Assembly (NCBI GenBank): GCA_008369845.1
Contig: MRSU01010484.1
Coordinates: 57,659-77,658, forward strand
Length of the DNA stretch: 20,000 bases
Direction: 5' to 3'
Source of the DNA: Trichomonas gallinae
Lineage: Eukaryota
Each line of letters begins with the position of its first letter. The stretch's first letter is position 1. Below, in pieces: positions 1 to 10,200 of this stretch. Both the position numbers and the translations under genes were made by a program. The notes under the pieces are model-generated. The model saw nothing but the letters and a program-made list of their open reading frames with translations. It had not been told where the DNA came from and searched no databases.

Positions 1-637
1 CTATATATTTTATATCTGGATTTTTATAATTATTTGCCATGAACTATATGAACATGAAATATTTATCGTTATAAGGAAAACCAAATAGGGTTAATATCGT
101 TACACTTCAAAATTCTTTTTTTGAAATGCAAAATTAAATCATTAATGAAGATTAATGTTTAAAAACACATTATTATACTGCATTGATCTATATTATAAAA
201 ATTGGATCAAAGTTGCCAATAATGGAGAAAAATAACAAAATAGTAAAAAATAAATATTTTAACAATAAGTTAATGAAAATTATATGTGAAATGAGACAGT
301 TGCGATTTTTTATTCAAACTGAAACATTTTAAAATCATGATTATTAGATTAAAGAGCTGGTTATAATTTTCGATATTTGGCCGATTGAACACTTTCTCAT
401 TTTTTTAATTTGAGAATATTACGGGCGCAATAGTTTTTCAGAAATCTAAAAATCAAAAATGATTCAATGATTTATTAGTTGTAGTTTCATTTTTCATTTT
501 TCCAAAAGTTATCGTAGTTAGTTATTTTTATTTGAAAAACATAAATAATATCAATATATAAACATATAAATAATCTAATTTTGTCACGTTTCCTCACTTC
601 ACAAATTATTGACAGAGTTTTCTCAAAAAATATTTTG

Positions 638-643
638 TCACTT
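638..643 (+). promoter_or_regulatory. Initiator (Inr) element of the LCAT-family gene
   Basis: TCACTT ends 10 nt before ATG 654, matching the trichomonad Inr TCA(C/T)(T/A) in sequence and position. Confidence 0.7.
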
Positions 644-653
644 TTCAATCAAA

Positions 654-1907
654 ATGTTTTTGTTTGCGACGTTTGTTTCTTGCTTAGAACCTGTGATTTT
701 GGTTCCACCGATGTTTGGATCAGAATTATATGGCTCTATATATGATCTCTATACACATTGGTATTGCAATAAGAACTTCGAAGACGAAGTTATTTGGGTT
801 AGTGATGGATACGCAATTCCTCCACTTTTCAACTGCTTAGCTGAATGGCTTACAGTTGAATGGAACTACACAGGTGGTTATCCAGCTTCTAGAAACAGAA
901 CAAAAATTTATCCATATCATTTCGGTACATTAGACGGAATTAAATACATTGATCACGGTATTTTCGGACACCACTTCATTCCAGATCTGATTTACATCAT
1001 TCAAAGGTTCGAAAAGGATGGATACAAAGAAGGTGTCGATTTATTCGGTGCACCATATGATTTCAGAATGATGCCAATGGCCATGGGCGACTACTTTGAT
1101 AAACTAAAGGACCTCGTCGAAGATGTCTACAAGAAAACAGGAAAGCGTGTTTCATTATACGGAATCTCAGGCGGTGGCAACACTCTTCACCATTTCTGCG
1201 AGTTAATGACACAAGAGTGGAAGGACAAGCATATCAGATCACTTTTACTCCACGGTCCATCATTTGGTGGCGCTGGTGAAGCTTTAATTGTTCTTTGGCA
1301 GCAGACAGTTGATTGGATGCCATCAATGTATATGACAGATGTAATGAAAAAGTTCTATCTGTCACTTCCAACAATTTGGGCTCATCTTCCAAACGCTCCA
1401 GCAAATACAGAGCCAATCATCATTGGTCCAGACGGCCACAAGTACTATGGTAATGATATCCCACAGTTATTCGTTGATCACGACAGAGTCACAACAAATG
1501 ATAATCTCAACGTGTTAAATATGGCTAAGCCATGGATTTCCAGGAAGCTCACACCAACAGGAGTCCCAACATACATCCTCTTCAACTCAGTTCTCAACAC
1601 TCCATATGGAATGCAGTTTGAGGACTGGGAGAAACCGCCGACAATTCTCAATGTTACTGGCGACGGCACACTTTCTGGCGAGTCACTTTACTATCTCTGC
1701 AACAACTGGGGCAAGGACCCACATCCTGTTATCTGCCATGATCTCAAGATTGAAGACGACAAATACAGCCACGCAGGTCAAATGACACAACCAGATGTTG
1801 TCGACATTATCTTCAAGGTCTTGAAGGACGACTCATGGATGGTTCCTGGCCCACACATCGTCACAGGCAACCACACATTGGAGTGGATGACAATGCATCC
1901 AAAATAA
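654..1907 (+). CDS. LCAT / group XV (lysosomal) phospholipase A2 family alpha/beta hydrolase, 417 aa, probably secreted or lysosomal
   Basis: Family motifs in order: VILVPPMFGSEL, lid Cys pair (WYCNK...FNCLA), GYKEGVDLFGAPYDFR, nucleophile elbow GISGGG (Ser codon 1167-1169), GPSFGGA, GDGTL (Asp 1662-1664), SHAG (His 1770-1772). The ORF-track start at 609 is TTG; the first ATG is 654, preceded by TCACTT and followed by a short hydrophobic leader MFLFATFVSC. Confidence 0.92.
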   Translation: MFLFATFVSCLEPVILVPPMFGSELYGSIYDLYTHWYCNKNFEDEVIWVSDGYAIPPLFNCLAEWLTVEWNYTGGYPASRNRTKIYPYHFGTLDGIKYIDHGIFGHHFIPDLIYIIQRFEKDGYKEGVDLFGAPYDFRMMPMAMGDYFDKLKDLVEDVYKKTGKRVSLYGISGGGNTLHHFCELMTQEWKDKHIRSLLLHGPSFGGAGEALIVLWQQTVDWMPSMYMTDVMKKFYLSLPTIWAHLPNAPANTEPIIIGPDGHKYYGNDIPQLFVDHDRVTTNDNLNVLNMAKPWISRKLTPTGVPTYILFNSVLNTPYGMQFEDWEKPPTILNVTGDGTLSGESLYYLCNNWGKDPHPVICHDLKIEDDKYSHAGQMTQPDVVDIIFKVLKDDSWMVPGPHIVTGNHTLEWMTMHPK

Positions 1908-2447
1908 CTTCTATTATCTATATATAAATTATTTTTATTTCTAGTTCATATCAAAAATCATTAATTTTAAATATATTTCTTTTTTTAATCATGTTTATTT
2001 GAAAGGAACCATATATATTCATGATTTAATCTCTCTTTAACAATATTTCGTCGTTGAAATAAAACGTAAATATGTTTTTCTGCATGATTATCATGACAAA
2101 ATTAATAAGGAAAGTTAATTTCATTAGTTTGGAACATGATGATATTGTAACATGATGAGTTACAAGTATTCATGTTCTCAGATGAATATTACTCATTAAG
2201 TAAATCATTTATGTTCAAATCAGTTAAAATATTGTTTATAACATAATTTCTTGATGTAACAACAAATTTTCATGAATGTAAAATCACTATAACATTGAGC
2301 ATACTAAGCATAAGGTTTCATCACAAAAATGTGAACACACAAACTCTCAGAAACAAAATGTATAGCATTTTTTTTTTGTAGCAAATTTTGTCTTGATATT
2401 TTATAATATAATAATTTATTCAAACAAATAAAAATGAAATATATAAA

Positions 2448-3779
2448 TCAAACCATTTTCTTGATTTCAAAAACAGTTTGTGCTGTGCAAGCTATGGCAG
2501 CAATGATTGTGAAGACAATGGAAACACATGCCTGGAATGTTCTGTACCATTTTCTTCCTGGAGTTGCTTTCAAGAAGAAAAGTGCTGGCATCATCAAAGT
2601 AACAATTGGAATCAAAATTCCTCCAACAATGTTGAAGAAGATAAGGATGTTGCTCGATGTAGCAGCAAGTGCAGCAGAGATTAAACAAAGGATGAAGCCA
2701 GTGAGAACCCATCTTAACGTCGTCATTTCTTTTCCTTTGAACAAGGTTGCGTCGACGGAATTTCTTGCTGCCCAAATCATCAACGGAGAAGAAATCAAGA
2801 GAATGACAACAACACACACAGTGACAACAATAGTGAATGGATGATAAGCTGGATAAAGTTCTAAAGCAGACGATGCCGACAAAACATCGAATTTATCCAA
2901 ATATGTGCAAATTCCGAATGTTGCGTAGAGCAAGAAGCATGAACCGATAACAATGCCACTGAGCTTGAATCCTCTTTTAACAGTGCAATTCCTGAGGTGT
3001 TCTAATGTAGGGAAAAGATTAATGATGCAATTGTATGACATTGTGTTAATTCCAAGGGCAGGAATGAAAACAAATAAGTCCCAACGTGCCCAAACAATCT
3101 CACCATTGGGATCAAATCCATATTGCTTGATGTCTTTGATGAGCCAATATAAGCTATGAATAATTAAAACGATAATCATCATAAAGCCAATGGAAGCAAC
3201 AATTTCCAGCTTTGCTATTGACTTTGGAATGGTTAATGGGAAAGCAAGTAGCATTGTTGTAACAAAATTCCAGAATTTATCATTATTCAGGACTTTCACC
3301 TTGAATCCGAGTGTTCTATTAACGAGAACACCATCCCAATTGGAGTATATCATAACAGAACCAATTTGAACTAAGAAAATAAAGAGATCAATTATCCAAA
3401 TTAATTTTGGATTAAATAAGTGCGTAAAGAGTCCTCTATAGTCGTATTTCTTTGTATTATATGCTGCTTCTATCATCATACAGAAGGTATTGAATGTAAT
3501 ACAGCCGATAATTATTGCAATTAAGAGTGCAAAAGCAATTCCTAACCGGTAACAATATGGAACCATGAGACATCCAGATCCAATTGCAGTATTAATCAAT
3601 ATAACGAATGATCCAAACATGTTTTGGTCAGCATTTTCTTGTTTTTCGAAGATTTGATCATCAAGAAAATTATTTGGTTTGCTTTCAGTGCTGGATTTGT
3701 TCTCAGAGCTGTAGGTATCTGGTACTGCTTCACTCTCCGTGCTCTGGATGTCGGGAATCTCTTCGCTTTGGTTCTCCAT
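2448..3779 (-). CDS. Amino-acid transporter, Aa_trans / AAAP (SLC36/SLC38-like) family, about 443 aa
   Basis: Acidic hydrophilic N-terminus, then the TM1 signature SFVILINTAIGSGCLMVPY, roughly 10-11 hydrophobic segments, MSYNCIINLFP, YATFGICTY and NIVGG...LMMPALFF. ATG 3779 (MENQ) is preferred over 3809 because an Inr-like TCATT lies between them. Confidence 0.92.
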   Translation of the reverse strand: MENQSEEIPDIQSTESEAVPDTYSSENKSSTESKPNNFLDDQIFEKQENADQNMFGSFVILINTAIGSGCLMVPYCYRLGIAFALLIAIIIGCITFNTFCMMIEAAYNTKKYDYRGLFTHLFNPKLIWIIDLFIFLVQIGSVMIYSNWDGVLVNRTLGFKVKVLNNDKFWNFVTTMLLAFPLTIPKSIAKLEIVASIGFMMIIVLIIHSLYWLIKDIKQYGFDPNGEIVWARWDLFVFIPALGINTMSYNCIINLFPTLEHLRNCTVKRGFKLSGIVIGSCFLLYATFGICTYLDKFDVLSASSALELYPAYHPFTIVVTVCVVVILLISSPLMIWAARNSVDATLFKGKEMTTLRWVLTGFILCLISAALAATSSNILIFFNIVGGILIPIVTLMMPALFFLKATPGRKWYRTFQACVSIVFTIIAAIACTAQTVFEIKKMV

Positions 3780-3789
3780 CAGCAAATTT

Positions 3790-3794
3790 AATGA
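3790..3794 (-). promoter_or_regulatory. Inr element (TCATT) of the amino-acid transporter gene
   Basis: Minus strand reads ttTCATTaaatttgctgATG, with TCATT 10 nt before ATG 3779. Confidence 0.55.
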
Positions 3795-4217
3795 AAATTT
3801 AGACCTCATTGAAATATTTCTGAGGAAAATTTTGTAAAGAAAATGAAATCATTTTGTAAAACCATGTATTTCATTTTTATAAGGAGTTTTGATGATCGCC
3901 GATAGAAAAATTTTGATTTAAAGATTGGTCTACGCTCTCTCAAAAATTATTCAATGAATTGCTTATAATAATGATGAAAATTATTTAAAAATGATATTTT
4001 ATTGATAAAAAAATTAAATCATAATATTAAGCAGAAATTGGATTTTCAGAATTGTTATCTAATTCGAATCAATATTTTCATCTTATTTTGAAAAAAAGTT
4101 GGTTATTTATAAATATTGGATAAAAAGTGACATTTAGTTCTATGATGTAACTTTGTTGCATTATTATAATTATAATTAAGAATTTTTAATAAAACATAAT
4201 TAAAATAAACATTTAAG

Positions 4218-7200
4218 TTAATGTGTGCATGATGGTTTGCATTTCGAGCAACAGAATCTGCCGCAAATATCGCAGACATCACATGACTTGATTGTGTTTG
4301 TGAAGCAAACACAGCAGTTGCAAGCAAGGCTCTTCTTCAATGGGAATTGCGGAGATAGTCCTGCGCTTTCGATAGAGAAGCATTTCATGTCTGGCGAGAA
4401 GAAAACGCATCTCGCGCATTTGTCATGAATATAGATGCTTGTTGCAATATCTGGAATTGGAACTTCTTTGAGTAATTTCAAATTCTCAATCGCGAAGAAT
4501 CTGACGATTAAATCATCATAGCAGACGACAACGAATCTGTCTGCGAAACTCTTCGGAATGTTAGAAGTTGATGCGGCAGTAATCTTTCTCTTTGAAACAT
4601 ATTCGCAGAGCTTCATACAGCTGAGCGAATATTCAATGATTGTGCTGTTCAATATGACGAAGAAAACTGCAGAATTGTCATCAATGATGACATTCTTAAC
4701 TTCGCTCTCGAATTCTATTGTCTTCAAGATTGATTGTGTGCCGATATCATAAACTGCAACGCAGTTCTTATATGCGATGCAGATCATGAAGTGTGCTGAT
4801 GAAACAGCGAGTGCACTGATTGGATATCCGATGAATATTCTGTCGATTGTCTCTGAAGTGACCGCTTGTTTGTTCTTGTAGAGAACTTTGTACAAAATCA
4901 CCAAACCTGTCTTGCTTCCAGTTGTTACGAATAATCCATCAGTGGAATTAGCGAATGTTGAATATGGATCAGGGATCTTGATGCTTCTTAGTGTAACATA
5001 GTTCTTTAATTCAGGCAATGCGAATGCATACTTTGGAGCGAAATAAATCTGTGTGCCAGAAACAACGCATGAAACAGAGTGCTCTGGTGGGATAATCTGC
5101 TGGACAAATGTATCGCGAGATGTCATCAAATCCCATGTGTAAGAGAATTTCTGCGCTGGATGATCCTTATTAAATATCTGTTCTGGGCATTGGCCGAAGT
5201 TGATGATGCACATCTCGTTAGCTTCTGCTTCCATTGGATCATCTGTTTTATCTCTGTCTGGGTAAGTCAATGGATGGAAGAGATTCTTTGCAGCAACAGC
5301 CGCTTCTCCGCGACTCTTTGTGCCGAAGATCAAATCTATCCAAAAGCCGAGTTTGATGCCAACTTTGAATGACTCTAATGACTGTATCATCTTATATGTG
5401 AAATCGAATGGGTTCGTTGACCATGTTGGAAGAACTACATTGCTTGCATCTCTTTCCGAAGAAATGAATTTAGTTGTCTCGCTCACCAATATTTCAGGTG
5501 CGCAATACAATTGTGGCGTAAGTTCTTTAACATCAGCTGGTGTCGTGATACTTGCTGATCTCCATGATTCGGAAACGGAAGTAAATATTCTGTTCGGATG
5601 ATCCCAGCCTCTGTTCAAGTGGATTCCCAACAAGCAGAATGGATCAACTCTGAAGTTGAAGAACAGAACGACACCAAAATGCATGTAGTGGCTTCCATAG
5701 AAGAACTGATGATCTGAATCTTCATATGTGCTATCATATCCTTTCCTTCTTTCTGAAGGCAACTGGCCCATTGGAACAGTTAAATCTCTGTTGTCACAAT
5801 CGATGAAATCTTTGCAGTCATAATCAGACAGAACCCACGGATAGACGAAGTACTGAGTGTTATCGCATGATGTTCTTCCTGAGAAAACATTGAGCGCTGA
5901 AATATAAAGGAATGTTGGAATCTGTCCATTGATCCACTGATTTTGAACGTCCTTCAGCGAACTGTTCAATAATCTAGCGTTGTTGATTGGTGTGAAGATA
6001 TTTGGCAAATATGGTGGAAGTGTTTGCATTGTTTGATCGATTAATTGTGTCAATATGTTAACTAATCTGGTTGTTGTCTGTTCATCAGTAATCAAGCAAA
6101 ACTGTTGCCCACGGATGAATGACATGACAATTGAAATCTTCTTCTGGAGCCAGTTGTGAGTGTTGATTGCAATTAACTCATGAAGAGAAACCTGGAAACC
6201 AATATGTCCGCAGAATGTGAATGATTTGCCGAAATATCCATTCATTATTACTTGAGAGTAAAATCTTAACGCGAGATTTTCTGTTTCGACGAATTTGTTT
6301 TCAACAATTCCGTTGTTTTCATCCAAGCTCAAACCTTCAATGTAGAACAAATGATAAGTTGAGATGATGAAAATGCCTGGAAGTGGATCGATTCCCCACA
6401 ATATCTTTGCGTTTACAATAGCTTTGAAATCATTTCCTTCTCCGAAAATTCTTTCAACAATATAGAACAAATTATTTGGTTTGACAGGGAAATTCCAGCA
6501 GAACAGTTTGTGCTTCTCATCGATCACTTCTGAAACAGGAGGTTTGATTGTGAATTCCCACAAATACTTTGGCATCTTTTCGAAACGATTCTCGTCGTAC
6601 AATGTTTCGTATAACTGTGGAATGGAACCACCTGGATATGGTGGCATCTTGTAATCGAATGGGCTTGGATCGAATCTGCTTGTTGGAAGAACTGGGTCTC
6701 CAACGAATGACAGACACATTCTATCATTTCTATTTCCTTTGAACTTCGCTATTCTCCATGAATAGAGTTCGTTTCTTCTCAATCCAAGAGCAAATGATGT
6801 TTCCATTGCATCAAGATATGTGGTGGCAATTGAATCGCATACATGATTGGCAATGGAATACATCATTGAAACATTTGACAAGAATTCTTTTCCGAACATG
6901 CGAATGTCAGCGATTAATTTCATTGACATTTCATTTTCTTTTGTCAAGCGCTCATGCATTTGATCAGATCTTTGGCCGCATTCTTCGACCAAGCTTTTCA
7001 GTGCTCTGTCGCTAGTTAATGGGTTTTCTGATGTATCTGAGAAGTATTTCTGCCATTTGTCGTTGTTTTGATTCAATGCTTTGATGATGTTATCCATTCC
7101 ACCAACCATAATTGCAGTTGACATTGCTGAAGCAGCAAGCAATGGATAATCCTTGATGTGCTCACCACCGAAGATCCAGTCGCAGCTTTCGTTGATTGCT

Positions 7201-10200
7201 GAGCCAAGTGAAGTAATGATCCTCGGAAGGAAAGCAAGACATAGAATGAAATTCTGATTGATCAATGTTGGATCTTGTCTGCATTTGATGACGCATGACA
7301 TCAAGATTCCTTCTGTGTTTTCACCGAGCCATCCATCTAATATCAAGTTGCAGACAATCGAGAATATGTGTCTGTCAACATTTCCTTGCAATATTAAATT
7401 GACAACTATAGACAAAAGTGTAGCAACTTGTGATTTTTGTGCAGTCGATGATGGTGGAACTAACAACACTTGTGGAGCTGAATGATGAGCCATAATGGAC
7501 TTAATGAATAAAGCAATGCAATTCATAACTGATTCGTTGATTTCTGTGCATCCTTCTGTTCCGAATAATTCATTGCAGTAAGAAAGATAATCGTCAATGT
7601 CCTGCCATAATAAATCGAATCCACCCTTTGATTCATCGAACTTAGTGAATGATGGTGGCATAGATGAAAGTGGGCCAACTTCAATCTTGTGTGGTAAGGT
7701 CTTCTTAACAATGCTTTCGATTTCCTTGCCGACCATTGGTGTGTATTTCATTTCACCACCGATATTGAAACTGGAAGCAGAAACATTTGGTGTCAAACTC
7801 TGTTGTGGCATTGGTGCTGGAATCCTTGGAATTGGGCACTCTTTGGGTGCAGAGCCAATCTTGCCTGGTGGAAGAAGGGCTGGTAAATGGAGATCATTAT
7901 TACTTAAAGCAACAGATGCTCTCTGTAGTCTCCTCGATCTGCGTTCAGTGACAGGAATAGAGAAGATAGCTTCATCTTGTGAAAATTCCGATTGTTTCCC
8001 TGGGATATCTATTTCATCACCAAAAATTGAATCAGGGCTTCGTGGCGATGGAGTTAATCCAGGAACAGATTGTGTTGGAGATCCTGTTGAACTCATTCCA
8101 GGAATGTTAGATCCTGTCGGACTCATTCCTGGGATATTAGATCCTGTTGAACTCATTCCAGGAACACTAGATCCTGTTGGACTCATTCCTCCAGGAATGT
8201 TAGATCCAGGTGAGCTGCCAATTGGACTAGCATCACCTGAATATGATGGTACTGCTGCTCTAATTCTTGGAGGACGCCTTGGAACAGCTGCGACATTAGA
8301 CATGCCTGGAATATTTGACATGTTTGGCAGATTTGGAACGCTTGAGTTATTTGGTGTATTTGCGACAATTGACAGGCCAGGAACATTTGACATCTGCGGA
8401 AGATTTGGTGTACTTGCATTATTAGAAATTCCCGAGTTCTCTGATAATCCAGGAATGTTTGACATTTGCGGAAGATTTGGAGTGCTTGCCATATTTGATA
8501 TTCCTGGAATATTTGACAAACCAGGAATACCGTTTGCAAGATTAGCTAAGCCTGGTATACTTGATAAATCTATTGGTGCATTTGTTGAATCGCGTCTGCT
8601 TCCTGCCCTTGGACGTGCAGCAACATTCATAAGAGCCTGCTCGATTGAATGTCTCTGCTTGTAGAGTTTGATAGTGAATGTGTCACTAACTCTTCTCGAT
8701 CTAACTTTTGGTGTTGGCTTGCAGCCGTAAACAACTTCGCATCTTTCTGGATCAGGAGAAATGTTTTCTGGGCAATCGAGCTTTTGTCCTAAGCACATTA
8801 AAATTGCCACCCACATGTTATATTCTGGAGTGAATTTCTTGATTTTAGGTATGACAGTATTTGACAATTCTGTCATAATGTTAGAAGCAAGTTTAGCCCA
8901 TTTTGAGTCTGGACTAGATAATGTTGCACCATATGTTAATGAGCCAACAACATTCAAGAAAGGAATCATAACATTTAGATCAAAATTCGAGAAGTTGATA
9001 TTATTGAGATCACAATTTGCTCCTTTTGTAACAATATAAAGAAGTGGAGGCCATGAGTCATCATACATCATATGGAAAGAAAGAGCATTGATGACATTCT
9101 TTGACAGCTGAGTATTCAGCTCTTCAGGCTGAATGTTCATTGTTAATTTAATTACAGCATCATGTGGCAAATTATACAAAAGATAATAGCATGAAACTGA
9201 ATTTCCTAGGATCTGGTAAATCAATGAATCATCGATCGTCTCGAATTGATGCAACTTATATAAGCAAGCGAACATTGATGACGCGACAACCTTGTTTTGA
9301 TTTGTCATTTGGGAAATCAACAAAGCAATTTCTTTTGAGTCTTGTGATCCGATTATTATTGTCCAGAACAAGAAATTCAGCATGAAAGTTGGAATTCCTC
9401 CCTCTTTGCTTATATATCTTGACAAGAAATCAAATGCAGCATTCTTGTAGGCTGGAATCATTATTCTGTCGAAATCACAGAAGAAGTTTTCAAAAGCGAC
9501 CCAGTCAGCGACAGGAGTCATGAATAAGTCGATCAAGTCTTTGATGATTTTCTCTGTGAAATCGAATAATGAAGCAATTATGCCCATTCTAGAAGAAAAC
9601 TCGATCATTCCAATTTTCGTTTCTCCACGTCTTTGGAAGTTGATGAGAGCTTCGATGTAATCCTCGCCTTCTTTCCATGATAAGTCTTGTTCAAAGAATT
9701 TCGCGAAAATATAATTAAATCCGCATAATTCTCTCCTGATGTATTTCGCGAGCGGGAATGTTGGAATAATCTGCGGATATCCAACAATGCACTTAGGAAC
9801 TTCAATTTCGTACTTGTCATTAATGAAAGCATTCGGAGAAACGCATAATGAAGATTCGATTGATGAAACTGAATCATAATTAGCTTTCATGATGACATCC
9901 ATGTTTGATCCTGAGTAATTCTCGTAGAACCTAAGTACTGTTGTTGTGAAATTCGAGTTTTTGCCGCCAATAATTGTTGAATTTGCAGGAGCTGGAACTT
10001 TTGTAGATGTTTCGAGTTTTCCATTGACATATATTGATAATGTAACATCATATAATGAAAGATAGATGAAATTCCAGCGATTTGGCTCGATTTTAGAAAT
10101 TAGATTATTTTCAAGCATTATTCCTTCTTTGGATAATGTTAATCTAACTCCATGGAACACAATGAATTCTGACACTCTTGCTTCTATGACATTTAACCAA

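Noticed and set aside
609..653. N-terminal extensions from TTG starts in the ORF track (609, 14554, 18652)
   Set aside because: Eukaryotic context; downstream ATGs, two of them with adjacent Inr-like elements, fit better.
2131..2178. Hairpin as a SECIS or iron-responsive element
   Set aside because: The ATGA is Watson-Crick paired rather than in a G.A quartet, the loop is not CAGUGN, and no neighbouring gene needs UGA read-through.
2220..2324. Minus-strand box C (GTGATGA) and box D (CTGA) pair as a C/D snoRNA
   Set aside because: The flanking GTTCA/TGAAC stem is not positioned for a canonical kink-turn, the interior is extremely AT-rich, and I recognise no rRNA antisense element next to box D. 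A snoscan search would settle it.
7597..8664. 355-aa plus-strand ORF antisense to the BEACH gene
   Set aside because: It mirrors the GC-richer repeat insert codon for codon. Lack of stops is explained by the composition of the sense strand, and there is no independent motif.
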